Positions 16,782-26,609 of a stretch of DNA of 40,329 nucleotides are shown one piece after another. Position numbers and translations under genes: made by a program. Each line of letters begins with the position of its first letter. Position 1 is the stretch's first letter. This DNA comes from an uncultured Flavobacteriales bacterium (GTDB lineage: Bacteria; Bacteroidota; Bacteroidia; Flavobacteriales; BACL11), in contig CAJQLK010000016.1 in assembly GCA_905479165.1 (NCBI GenBank), positions 1 through 40,329 on the forward strand, read 5' to 3'. The notes beneath the pieces are model-generated. The model searched no databases and was not told where the DNA came from. It saw only the letters and a list, made by a program, of their open reading frames with translations.

Positions 16782-18503
16782 TTATCTTAACTTTTCTAAT
16801 TCTTCTTTTATGAAATTAGCTAACTCTTTTACATATCTTGCTGAAAAATCAAATTTGATTCCTGCTGTTTCATAAATTTCTCCAATTGTTTTTGTGTATC
16901 CTAATTTAAGAGCATCCATATAATTATCTAAGCCTTTTTCTCCTATTTGTTTATATGAACGCCACATAGCAATTGCTCCTAGTTGCGCCATTCCGTATTC
17001 AACATAATAGAAAGGAACTTCATATAAATGCAATTGCTTTTGCCAAAGGTTAGCATGTACATTTTCATTTCCTTCCCAATCTAAAATTTGATTGCCTAGT
17101 TCTGAAGAAATTGTTAACCACTTCTCTTTTCTTTGTTGGGCTGTATGTTTAGTAGTATAAATCCAATGTTGGAATTTATCAATAGAAGCAACCCATGGTA
17201 AAGTTTCTAAAGCTTTTTTTAATTGTTCCAATTTTGCTCTTTTTAAATCAGCTACATCAGTATAAAAAACATCCCAATGATCCATAGATAATAATTCCAT
17301 AGCCATAGATGCTAGTTCAGCTACTTCAGACGGAGTAGATTTAAATTCTGTTAACGTTAAGTCTCTACTTAAAAAAGAATGAATAGCATGACCTCCTTCA
17401 TGAACCATAGTAACAAGATCTCTTTGAGAGCCAACAGCATTCATATAAATAAAAGGAACGCCAATTTCATAAAGTGGATACATAAAACCTCCTGGAGCTT
17501 TTCCATTTTTTGATTCTAGATCCAAATGTTTCATGGCTTTCATGGTTGAAAGACATTCTCCAAAATAAGGTCTTAGTCTGCTGAAACACTCTACTGTTAA
17601 ATCAGTTAGTTCAGTTCCTCCTTCAAATGGTTTTAAGGCAGCAAGACCATCAACATCAACAGCTGTATCCCAAGGTTTGTATGATTTGTATCCTAATTTA
17701 TCTTTTCTTTTTTGTTCAAATGAATTGATAATAGGAACAATTTCTTGTGCAATAGCATCATGAAAGTTAAAGCAATCTGTAGGCGTGTAGTCAAAACGTC
17801 CCAGAGCCGCAAACATATAATCACGATAATTGTCAAAGTCAGCATTTTTTGCAATTCTTTGCCTTAACGCAATTAGTTCATCAAATAAATTATCTAAAGC
17901 TTTTTCATCCTGCAATCGTCTAGTACTAATTTTATTATAAACTTCTTCTCTTTTAACTCTATCCGTATTTTTTAATAATTGTGCTGCTTTTTGCATTGTC
18001 ATTTTTTCGCCATCAACCTCTATTGACATCTTTGCAGAAATAGCACCATATTCTTGTTGCTTTTCTTCCATTATTGTAAATAAAGGAATATTTTCTTCAC
18101 GGAAAATTTCAATTTGCTTTTTTACGCTTCTTAAATAGATGCGGTATTTTTCTTGATCTAATTCTTTTAAGAAAGGACTTTCAAGCAATTTTACATTTAA
18201 CTTGTGTGAATAAGGAGCTGTATTTGGTGAAATTTCCTTTATCCAAAATGAAAAACGATCTCCTAATTCTTTGTCAGTAGTATCAATATTCATTTTAATG
18301 TAACGCCAAGCCATATCCTCTTCCAAAACTGCTGAAAGCTCAGATTGGTCTAACATCCATTTTTCTAATTCTGAAGCAGAGGAGATTTCTCTTTCCACTA
18401 AATTATCAAATAGTAATTTTATTTTATCCCATGAATCAATTATTAAATTTTCTGGAACAAATTTTCTTATCGGTCGTGTTGGCATTGAAATAGTTTTATT
18501 CAT
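16782..18503 (-). CDS. pepF: Oligoendopeptidase F (peptidase M3B)
   Basis: KAPGGF, zinc motif HEGGH, EVAELASMAMEL, HLYEVPFYYVEYGMAQLGA. Confidence 0.9.
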   Translation of the reverse strand: MNKTISMPTRPIRKFVPENLIIDSWDKIKLLFDNLVEREISSASELEKWMLDQSELSAVLEEDMAWRYIKMNIDTTDKELGDRFSFWIKEISPNTAPYSHKLNVKLLESPFLKELDQEKYRIYLRSVKKQIEIFREENIPLFTIMEEKQQEYGAISAKMSIEVDGEKMTMQKAAQLLKNTDRVKREEVYNKISTRRLQDEKALDNLFDELIALRQRIAKNADFDNYRDYMFAALGRFDYTPTDCFNFHDAIAQEIVPIINSFEQKRKDKLGYKSYKPWDTAVDVDGLAALKPFEGGTELTDLTVECFSRLRPYFGECLSTMKAMKHLDLESKNGKAPGGFMYPLYEIGVPFIYMNAVGSQRDLVTMVHEGGHAIHSFLSRDLTLTEFKSTPSEVAELASMAMELLSMDHWDVFYTDVADLKRAKLEQLKKALETLPWVASIDKFQHWIYTTKHTAQQRKEKWLTISSELGNQILDWEGNENVHANLWQKQLHLYEVPFYYVEYGMAQLGAIAMWRSYKQIGEKGLDNYMDALKLGYTKTIGEIYETAGIKFDFSARYVKELANFIKEELEKLR

Positions 18504-18940
18504 TATTTGGCATCTTTTTTAGGAGTTGTTTTTTTAGCAACTTTCTTTTTTTCTTTTGGCAATTCAATTAAACCTGCTTTTTGTAAAGTATTATACCATT
18601 GAATTACTTTCTTGATATCAGAAATATAAACTCTTTCTTCATCATAATCAGTTAAAATTTCTCTAAAATATGTGTTTAGTTCATTAGTAGAGGATTTATG
18701 AGATATCGCTTGCTTAAAATCTTCTTTTTTAGCGATATTATCAAAAATTTCTGATAATGGTTTTGTGTCATCATAAGTGTAAATTCCAATTTCTTCTAAT
18801 GTATTTGCTTGATTATTTGAGTAAAGTGGCGATCTTTTTTTGTCAGTTAATGACTCAACAATTACAGTGTTTTTTGCTTGTGAAACTACTTTATAAAGTC
18901 CTGGTTTACCTGCTACATTTATTATTCCTTCTAAATTCAT
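18503..18940 (-). CDS. DUF5606 family conserved Bacteroidota protein
   Basis: IINVAGKPGLYK, LEEIGIYT, YDEERVYISDIKKVIQWYN; TACATTTG promoter box on the minus strand at 18960-18967. Confidence 0.8.
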   Translation of the reverse strand: MNLEGIINVAGKPGLYKVVSQAKNTVIVESLTDKKRSPLYSNNQANTLEEIGIYTYDDTKPLSEIFDNIAKKEDFKQAISHKSSTNELNTYFREILTDYDEERVYISDIKKVIQWYNTLQKAGLIELPKEKKKVAKKTTPKKDAK

Positions 18941-19015
18941 TTTATATATTTTTGGATTGCAAATGTATAATTTTTAAGAGGATATGTCTGAGATTTTTTA
19001 TGTATTATTGGTTTT

Positions 19016-20272
19016 ATGAATTTACTAAAATTAAAGAATAGAAAAGAAGTTTTTGCTTGGTCATTATACGATTTTGCAAATCAACCTTTCACTACAATAA
19101 TTGTAACTTTTATTTATAGTGCCTTTTTTGTAAAAGTAATAGCGGAAAACGAGCAAGTTGGAACTATACTATGGGCAAATGGAATTGCAATATCATCAAT
19201 AATTGTTGCAGTTTTTTCTCCTATACTAGGTGCAATTGCTGATGTTGGTGGCTACCGTAAATTTTTTCTAATTTTCTTTACATGGGTTACTGCTATTTTT
19301 TCAATTCTACTTTATTTTCCTGAATCTGGTGATGTGTTCTTTGCACTATCTTTATTTATTGTTGCCAATGTTGCTTTTGAAATCAGCGCAGTATTTTGTA
19401 ATTCGTATTTACCTGATTTGTCTACTAAAGAAAATAGTGGATTTATTTCAGGATTTGCTTGGGGTTTAGGATTTTTTGGAGGTTTAATTGCATTGTTTTT
19501 ATGCTTAATGTTATTTCCTGAATTAGATGCTTTAGGAATTAGAAAGATTAATATTTTAGTAGGAATTTGGTTTTTAATTTTCTCTATTCCTACAATTATG
19601 TTTGTAAAGGATAGGAAAAAAGAAAAGTTTCAGAACCAGCATTTTTTGAATTCCTTTTCTGCGATAAAAAAAACTTTTAAAACAGTAGCAAACTATAAAA
19701 AAACTTCCCAGTTTTTAATTGCGAGACTGTTTTATAATGATGGTTTAGTTACTATTTTTGCCCTAGGTGGGATTTATGCTGTTGGAACTTTAGATTTCAC
19801 TTTTGATGAAGTTATGAAGTTAGGAATTGTTCTGAATATTGCAGCTGGTTTTGGTGCTTTTGTTTTTGGATATATTGAAGATAAAGTAGGGGTGAAGAAG
19901 GTTATTAATTTGACTTTAGGTGTACTTCTTTTTGCAACTTTAATTGCAATTTATGCGCCAGAAACAGATTATCCAAAGGAATTATTTTGGATTGTTGGAG
20001 TTTTAATTGGCTTGATGGTTGGTCCTAATCAATCATGTAGTAGATCCTTAATGTCACAATTGACCCCTAAAGATAAACAAAATGAGTTCTTTGGTTTTTA
20101 CGCACTAACAGGAAAGGCAACTGCATTTTTAGGTCCATTATTTTTTGGAATTATTACATCTTTATATAATCAGCAAATGGCACTTTGGGTAGTTATTATT
20201 TTATTTTTTTTAGGTTTTTTATTATTTAATAGGATTGATTTTATTTCCGTAAATTCGCAGGATGAGATTTAG
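19016..20272 (+). CDS. MFS transporter (UMF1/Atg22-like)
   Basis: WSLYDFANQPF, SPILGAIAD, LFYNDGL, QSCSRSLM, EFFGFYALTGKATAFLGP; about 12 TM helices. Confidence 0.88.
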   Translation: MNLLKLKNRKEVFAWSLYDFANQPFTTIIVTFIYSAFFVKVIAENEQVGTILWANGIAISSIIVAVFSPILGAIADVGGYRKFFLIFFTWVTAIFSILLYFPESGDVFFALSLFIVANVAFEISAVFCNSYLPDLSTKENSGFISGFAWGLGFFGGLIALFLCLMLFPELDALGIRKINILVGIWFLIFSIPTIMFVKDRKKEKFQNQHFLNSFSAIKKTFKTVANYKKTSQFLIARLFYNDGLVTIFALGGIYAVGTLDFTFDEVMKLGIVLNIAAGFGAFVFGYIEDKVGVKKVINLTLGVLLFATLIAIYAPETDYPKELFWIVGVLIGLMVGPNQSCSRSLMSQLTPKDKQNEFFGFYALTGKATAFLGPLFFGIITSLYNQQMALWVVIILFFLGFLLFNRIDFISVNSQDEI

Positions 20273-20570
20273 CTGGTTTTTACTTTTTCTATTTTCTTCT
20301 TGTTCATATAACGAGATAGTACCTGTTTGTAAACCTGACGAACAGATTTTTTCTAATATAGTTCAGCCAATTATTGAAGCAAATTGTGTGGCTTGTCATG
20401 AGTCAGATGCAAGTCCTAGAATACTTACAACATATGGTGGGGTCATTGATGCTGTAAATAATCATTCTTTAAAGTATCAAGTTACTAGTCTCCAAATGCC
20501 ACCATATGGAAGTAATGCATTAAGCGATTCAGAAATTGATATTATAAAAAATTGGATTGATTGTGAATAA
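20262..20570 (+). CDS. Small monoheme c-type cytochrome lipoprotein
   Basis: Lipobox FSSC, VQPIIEANCVACH heme motif, distal MPP, LSDSEIDIIKNWI. Confidence 0.8.
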   Translation: MRFSWFLLFLFSSCSYNEIVPVCKPDEQIFSNIVQPIIEANCVACHESDASPRILTTYGGVIDAVNNHSLKYQVTSLQMPPYGSNALSDSEIDIIKNWIDCE

Positions 20571-21084
20571 GTTAGCAATTTTTTTGTTTTTAATGTTAAG
20601 TGTTCAAGTTAATGCTCAAATATTTACAGGCAAAAATGGAGAAATTAATTTTTTTTCAGAAACACCAATTGAAGATATTTCTGCTGTTAACAACAAATTG
20701 TCAGCAGTATTTGATGCTAGTACAAATGATTTGGTATTCCAACTGAATATCACTGATTTTAAATTCCCAATAGCCTTAATGCAAGAGCATTTTAATGAAA
20801 ATTATTTAGAATCAGATCTTTACCCTAAATCAAAATTTATTGGTAGAGTAGTAAATATAATGGATGAACAAGCAACTGTTTGGGGGGACTTGACAATTCA
20901 TGGAATTACTAATAGTATTAAAGTGGTTGGTTCTTTTATTAAGAGTAAAAATTCGGTTTCGATAAATTCACAATTTATTATAAAGCTTAAAGATTATAAT
21001 ATAAAAATACCTAAAATTGTAATGTATAAAATTGCTGAAGAAATTGAAGTTAAAGTTAATATAGAATTAATAGAATTGAAATGA
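20557..21084 (+). CDS. YceI family (polyisoprenoid/lipid-binding) protein
   Basis: FFSETPIEDISA, LMQEHFNENYLESDLYPKSKF, GDLTIHG, DYNIKIP; the start may be GTG at 20563. Confidence 0.88.
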   Translation: MIVNKLAIFLFLMLSVQVNAQIFTGKNGEINFFSETPIEDISAVNNKLSAVFDASTNDLVFQLNITDFKFPIALMQEHFNENYLESDLYPKSKFIGRVVNIMDEQATVWGDLTIHGITNSIKVVGSFIKSKNSVSINSQFIIKLKDYNIKIPKIVMYKIAEEIEVKVNIELIELK

Positions 21085-21932
21085 AAAAGACAATTATTTT
21101 AAGCATATTTTTTTGTTCATTTTCAGTAAAAGCACAAGATCATTTATTAAATTTACTTTCCCAAGATAAGCCTATTTACATTTCATACTTATTTAAAGGA
21201 ACAAAAGTAGTAAATGGTCAATCAGTAGAATTACCATCAAAAGGTGTTTTACAATTCACTATTCAGCACAGATTTGGAACGTTAAATTCTGGCTTTTATA
21301 ATTTGTACGGTTTGGATAATTCTCAAGTTCGATTAGGTTTTGATTATGGTATTAAAGATTTTTTAGCAGTTGGGCTTGGAAGAAGTTCTACTACCAAAAC
21401 AATAGACGCAAATTCTAAGTTAAGAATTAAAAGACAAATAAAAGATGGATTCCCTGTCACTATAGTAGCAAATTTTGCTACTTACGTGAAACAATGGCAA
21501 TATACTGATAATCAATTGGATAATTTTCTATTTACTAATCAGCTCAGTTTTGCTCAACAGCTTTTGATTGCTAGCAAAATTAACAGAGATTTGACTTTAC
21601 AAATTTCTCCTACTTTGATTCATTATAATTTAGTAGAGACCTTAGATGAACCAAATGATAAATATTCTCTAGGAATAGGAGGGAGGTATAAAATTACAAA
21701 ACGTATCTCAGTAAATGCTGAATATTTTCATCAACTAAATGATAAAATTAATAATAATGTGCTTTCATTTGGTTTTGATATTGAAACTGGAGGTCATGTT
21801 TTTCAGCTACATTTAAGCAATTCCTCTGCAATGATTATGCCTGCATTCATTACAAAAAATACTGGAAATTGGCTTGATGGTGACATTTATTTTGGGTTTA
21901 ATATTTCAAGAGTTTTTACTCTTTATAAATAG
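21081..21932 (+). CDS. DUF5777 family outer-membrane beta-barrel protein
   Basis: FKGTKVVNGQS, IQHRFG, YGLD, FDIETGGHVFQLHLSNS, FGFNISRVF. Confidence 0.85.
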   Translation: MKKTIILSIFFCSFSVKAQDHLLNLLSQDKPIYISYLFKGTKVVNGQSVELPSKGVLQFTIQHRFGTLNSGFYNLYGLDNSQVRLGFDYGIKDFLAVGLGRSSTTKTIDANSKLRIKRQIKDGFPVTIVANFATYVKQWQYTDNQLDNFLFTNQLSFAQQLLIASKINRDLTLQISPTLIHYNLVETLDEPNDKYSLGIGGRYKITKRISVNAEYFHQLNDKINNNVLSFGFDIETGGHVFQLHLSNSSAMIMPAFITKNTGNWLDGDIYFGFNISRVFTLYK

Positions 21933-21949
21933 ACTTTCTTTACTTTTGC

Positions 21950-23158
21950 TTGGTGCAAAATAAAAAATATGATATAGCAATAGTTGGTGGAGGAATTGTA
22001 GGACTTGCTACAGCATTTCAATTACAGAAAAATTTTCCAAAATTAAATCTTGTCGTTTTTGAGAAAGAGAAAGAACTTGCATTTCATCAAACAGGCAGGA
22101 ATTCTGGTGTGATTCATTCTGGCTTGTATTATAAACCAGGAAGTTTTAAAGCAAAAAACTGTGTTGAAGGAAGAAAACAATTAGTCAAATTTGCTAAAGA
22201 AAATAATATTAATTACGATGTTTGTGGGAAAATTGTAGTTGCAATTAATGAAGAAGAATCAAAAAGGTTGGATCAACTAAAAATTAATGGAGAGCAAAAC
22301 GGCCTGGTTGGATTGAAACTTTTAAATCCTAAAGAATTTCAAAAAATTGAACCAAATGTTGATGGAGTAAAAGCACTTTGGGTTCCTGAATCTGGTATTA
22401 TTGACTTTAAAGGAATTACTAATATGTTTGCTGATAAAGTAAAATCCATTAATTCAGAAAGCTTAATTATTACTAATTGTGAAGTTAAAGATTACAAAGA
22501 AAATCAGATTAAAACCTCACAAGGAATTTTTAATTCAAGGCATATTATATTCTGTGGAGGACTTTTTGCAGATAGATTAGCTGTAAAAGATAAAGTGAAA
22601 TTAGAAATGCAAATTGTAGGATTTAGAGGTGACTATTATGAGCTTTCGGAAAAAGCAAAAAGTAAAATTAACAACCTAGTTTATCCAGTCCCAAACCCTG
22701 AGTTCCCTTTCTTAGGAGTTCATTTTACAAGAATTACGAATGGCGATATTGAGTGTGGCCCAAATGCTGTTTTTACTTTTAAAAGAGAGGGGTATAGTAA
22801 GGCTGCTTTCAATCTTAGGGATACTCTACAAGCCCTTAGTTTTACCGGTACTCGTAAATTGTTTATAAATCATTGGAAATTTGGTTTAAATGAATATAGA
22901 AGGGCTTTCTCAAAATACCTATTTTTGAAAGAATTACAAAAGATGGTTCCTTCACTTAAAGTGTGTGATATTATTAGTGGTAGAAGCGGAGTGAGAGCTA
23001 TGGCTTTAGGTTGTGATGGTGAGGTTATTGATGATTTTAAGATAGTGAAAAACAAAAGAAATATACATGTGTTAAATGCACCATCACCTGCTGCAACTGC
23101 ATGTTTGGCAATTGGAAATCAAATAATGGAGGAAGCAAAAATACATTTTAAGCTATAA
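21950..23158 (+). CDS. lhgO: L-2-hydroxyglutarate oxidase/dehydrogenase
   Basis: GGGIVG FAD motif, HQTGRNSGVIHSGLYYKPGS, YPVPNPEFPFLGVHFT, NAPSPAATA; the real start is probably GTG at 21953. Confidence 0.9.
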   Translation: MVQNKKYDIAIVGGGIVGLATAFQLQKNFPKLNLVVFEKEKELAFHQTGRNSGVIHSGLYYKPGSFKAKNCVEGRKQLVKFAKENNINYDVCGKIVVAINEEESKRLDQLKINGEQNGLVGLKLLNPKEFQKIEPNVDGVKALWVPESGIIDFKGITNMFADKVKSINSESLIITNCEVKDYKENQIKTSQGIFNSRHIIFCGGLFADRLAVKDKVKLEMQIVGFRGDYYELSEKAKSKINNLVYPVPNPEFPFLGVHFTRITNGDIECGPNAVFTFKREGYSKAAFNLRDTLQALSFTGTRKLFINHWKFGLNEYRRAFSKYLFLKELQKMVPSLKVCDIISGRSGVRAMALGCDGEVIDDFKIVKNKRNIHVLNAPSPAATACLAIGNQIMEEAKIHFKL

Positions 23159-23161
23159 TTT

Positions 23162-23719
23162 ATGATTAAGTTTTTAGGCCTGTTATCAAAAAAGAAAAAA
23201 GTTAATCCAGAATTAACAGCATCAATTTATGTAGCTTTATTGCAAAATGTAATTGCTGAAGGGTTTGTTGAAATAAAAGATTTTATTAATAATAACAATA
23301 ACCTTGAAGAAAATCCTAACTTAAAGGAAAATGCGATTGAATGGTTTTCAAATGTTGTTTTTCTAGGAAATCTACAGAATTTAGATGTATATTTTGAAGA
23401 GCATCAAGCAACACAATTACGTGCTTTGATTTTGGATGAAATCTATAAGGATTTAGAAGTAAATGCTCAGCATTTAGCAATTGAACGTTTCTTAGACTAT
23501 GAAAATTATTTTAAAGAATTAATGGTAAAGCATGAATATCCGCTTAATGCAATGGCGCATGCAATTTTTGACAAGTATAATATTAATGATTTTCAAGGAG
23601 ATTTATTTAAAAAGAAAAACAAACCAAACCCTGTGTTTTTTAATGAGTTAAAAAATCTCTTAAGTCACTTTAATTGGAACTGGGAAGACTATCTTGAAAA
23701 GAATAAATTAAATTTTTAG
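23162..23719 (+). CDS. Hypothetical protein (alpha-helical, soluble)
   Basis: 185-aa ORF 3 nt after lhgO on the same strand; no motif recognised. Confidence 0.7.
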   Translation: MIKFLGLLSKKKKVNPELTASIYVALLQNVIAEGFVEIKDFINNNNNLEENPNLKENAIEWFSNVVFLGNLQNLDVYFEEHQATQLRALILDEIYKDLEVNAQHLAIERFLDYENYFKELMVKHEYPLNAMAHAIFDKYNINDFQGDLFKKKNKPNPVFFNELKNLLSHFNWNWEDYLEKNKLNF

Positions 23720-23769
23720 CATAAAGAAAGGCGAATAAATGTTCACCATCTTATTAAATGTCTTTAAAT

Positions 23770-25113
23770 TTAAATACCAGTATAGTTGCTTGGTGATATA
23801 GCTTTTAATTCTTTTTTTATAGAATCATTAATATTTAAAGTGTTAATAAAAGATGCAATACTTTTTGCATTAATAACTGAATTTGTTCTCGTTAATTCTT
23901 TCAATGCTTCATATGGGTTTGGATACCCTTCTCTTCTTAAAATTGTTTGAATTGCTTCCGCAACAACTGCCCAGTTTTTTTCTAAATCAGCAGCTATATT
24001 AGCCTCGTTTATAAGCAATTTATTAATTCCTTTATTTAGAGAGGCAATAGCAATGATTGTATGTGCAAATGGTACGCCAATGTTTCTTAAAACTGTGCTG
24101 TCAGTTAAATCTCTTTGTAGTCGAGAAATAGGAAGCTTACTAGACAAAAAAGTAAAAATTGCATTTGCTATACCTAAGTTTCCTTCAGCATTTTCAAAAT
24201 CAATAGGGTTTACTTTATGTGGCATTGCTGATGAACCGACTTCCCCTTTTTTAATTTTCTGCTTGAAATAATCCATACTTACATACGTCCAAATATCTCT
24301 TGAAAAATCAATTAAAATATTATTGATTCTACTTATATTATCCATTAGTGCAGCTAAATTATCATAATGCTCAATTTGAGTTGTAGTTTGTTGCCTTTTT
24401 AAATCTAGTGCTTCTTTTGTAAAGTTATTTGCAAAACTTACCCAATCAATTTCAGGAAATGCTACATGATGTGCATTAAAATTTCCTGTAGCACCTCCAA
24501 ATTTTGCGCTAAAAGGAATCGTGTTAAACAACTCTAATTGCTTTTCAATTCTTTCAACAAAAACTTTAATTTCTTTACCCATTCTTGTTGGAGAAGCAGC
24601 TTGTCCGTGGGTTCTAGCCAATAAAGGAATTTCATTCCATTGTTCAACTCTTAATTTTAACAATTCAACTACTTCATTTACTTTTGGAAGATAGATTTTT
24701 TCTACTGCTTCTTTTATTGAATAGGGAACTGCAGTATTATTTATATCCTGTGATGTTAACCCAAAATGGATAAACTCTTTAAATTCTTGTAGTCCTAATT
24801 TGTTAAATTCATCTTTGATAAAGTATTCTACTGCCTTTACATCATGATTGGTTATGCTTTCAATATCCTTGATTCTTTGAGCATCTTTTTCTGAAAAGTT
24901 AGTATATAGTTTTTTTAATTCTGAGAATTTATCAGCAGGAAAATGATTTAGGTGCAAAATTGAACTATTACATAAAGCAATAAAATATTCAATCTCAACT
25001 TGAACTCTGAATTTCATTAAAGCTGATTCAGAAAAATATTCTTGTAATGAAGATGTTTTGCTGATGTATCTACCGTCTATTGGTGATACTGCATTTAAAG
25101 GAGTGAGGTTCAT
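23770..25113 (-). CDS. purB: Adenylosuccinate lyase
   Basis: SPIDGRY, TNHDVKAVEY, ARTHGQ, GSSAMPHKVNPIDFENAEGN, SRLQRDLTDS. Confidence 0.97.
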   Translation of the reverse strand: MNLTPLNAVSPIDGRYISKTSSLQEYFSESALMKFRVQVEIEYFIALCNSSILHLNHFPADKFSELKKLYTNFSEKDAQRIKDIESITNHDVKAVEYFIKDEFNKLGLQEFKEFIHFGLTSQDINNTAVPYSIKEAVEKIYLPKVNEVVELLKLRVEQWNEIPLLARTHGQAASPTRMGKEIKVFVERIEKQLELFNTIPFSAKFGGATGNFNAHHVAFPEIDWVSFANNFTKEALDLKRQQTTTQIEHYDNLAALMDNISRINNILIDFSRDIWTYVSMDYFKQKIKKGEVGSSAMPHKVNPIDFENAEGNLGIANAIFTFLSSKLPISRLQRDLTDSTVLRNIGVPFAHTIIAIASLNKGINKLLINEANIAADLEKNWAVVAEAIQTILRREGYPNPYEALKELTRTNSVINAKSIASFINTLNINDSIKKELKAISPSNYTGI

Positions 25114-25202
25114 TTTATATCATTTTATTTAGGCTGTAAATTTAATTAATTTAAAATAAGATGACTCATGTTAATTTATTTGCTTTTTACTACTTTTGGT
25201 AA

Positions 25203-25661
25203 ATGGAAATACTTATCATTATTGGAATTGGTATTTTATTGCTTTTAGGAGTAATAGGAAGCGTTATACCTGCATTGCCTGGCCCTCCTCTCTCCTATAT
25301 TGCCTTATTACTTTACCATTTCTTTATTAATACTATAAATGGGGATTCACTTTTATGGTTAGGAGTGTTGGTACTTGTGGTTACTATTTTGGATTATTAT
25401 TTGCAAATTTATGGTGTAACGAAAGCAGGGGGAGGCAAGTATGCTATTAGAGGTTCTATTGTTGGAATGTTGTTAGGAATTTTCTTTTTTCCTCCATTCG
25501 GTATTTTAGTAGGCGCTTTTATTGGTGCTTTTATTGGTGCTAAAATGGAGGCGAGTAAGCATGAATTTAAAATAGCTTTTGGTGCACTTTGGGGTTTTAT
25601 TTCAGGAACAATTTTAAAATTGTGTACTAGTTTTTATATCATTTATATTATGTTAAACTAA
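25203..25661 (+). CDS. DUF456 family membrane protein
   Basis: GSVIPALPGPPL, LDY, GGGK..IRGSIVG, PPFGILVGAFIGA. Confidence 0.85.
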   Translation: MEILIIIGIGILLLLGVIGSVIPALPGPPLSYIALLLYHFFINTINGDSLLWLGVLVLVVTILDYYLQIYGVTKAGGGKYAIRGSIVGMLLGIFFFPPFGILVGAFIGAFIGAKMEASKHEFKIAFGALWGFISGTILKLCTSFYIIYIMLN

Positions 25662-26404
25662 TGCTAAAAATCTCAGCTGTTTCTTATTTAAATACAGTTC
25701 CTTTTATACATGGGTTAAAGATAAGTGAGTTGATACACAATATTGATTTGCAATTGGATTATCCTTCTATTTGTGCGGATAAACTCATTAATGGAACTGT
25801 GGATTTGGCTTTAGTGCCAGTTGCCGTTATTCCAAAATTAAAAAATTCTTATATTATTTCGGACTATTGTATAGGTGCTGATGGTGCTGTGGATACAGTT
25901 TGTTTATATTCGGATGTGCCTGTTACGGAGATTGAAAGCATTGGTTTAGATTATCAATCGCTTACTTCTGTGGCTTTGCTTAAAGTTTTACTTAAAGAAT
26001 ATTGGCAATTGAAGCTTGAACTTAAGAAAGTGGATATTGGTTTTGAGGTTAATATAAAAGGCAAACATGCTGCTTTGGTAATTGGCGATAGGGCATTTGC
26101 GATGAATACTAAGCATGCCTATATTTATGATTTGTCAGCTATTTGGAAAGAATTGACAGGTTTAACTTTTGTGTTTGCCGCTTGGGTATCAAATAAGAAA
26201 TTACCTCAGAATTTTATTAGTAATTTTAATACAGCGCTAGAAAAAGGATTAAGCGATATTGATAGAGCTTTGGATTTAGAACGAGATAATTACCCCAACT
26301 GCACAAATCCTGAGGATTATTTGAATAATAAGATTTCTTATAATTTAGATTCCAAAAAGAAAAAAGGAATGGAACTTTTCCTGAAGAAGGTTAATGCTTT
26401 ATAA
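25661..26404 (+). CDS. mqnA: Chorismate dehydratase (futalosine menaquinone pathway)
   Basis: ISAVSYLNTVPF, DYPS, IGADGAVDTV, SLTSVALL, LVIGDRA, DLSAIWKELTGLTFVFAAW. Confidence 0.88.
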   Translation: MLKISAVSYLNTVPFIHGLKISELIHNIDLQLDYPSICADKLINGTVDLALVPVAVIPKLKNSYIISDYCIGADGAVDTVCLYSDVPVTEIESIGLDYQSLTSVALLKVLLKEYWQLKLELKKVDIGFEVNIKGKHAALVIGDRAFAMNTKHAYIYDLSAIWKELTGLTFVFAAWVSNKKLPQNFISNFNTALEKGLSDIDRALDLERDNYPNCTNPEDYLNNKISYNLDSKKKKGMELFLKKVNAL

Positions 26405-26609
26405 GAAGTATATTTATTTCTTTTCTGTACTCATAATTATTTACTTTTTTGACTAATCTGTTCAAGTAAATTAGGTTGATATCTGAAAATATCATATTTG
26501 CAAGTCTTTTTTTTGATTATAACTCTCATATTAATTAGTGAGTAATAATTTTAAATAGAAAATACTAAAAAAATAAAAAGAATTAAAAATTACATTTTAA
26601 GAAATAATA

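Noticed and set aside
26437-26529. 30-aa minus-strand ORF (MRVIIKKKTCKYDIFRYQ...) in the AT-rich mqnA-yidC gap
   Set aside because: Too short, no motif, and expected by chance in very AT-rich DNA.
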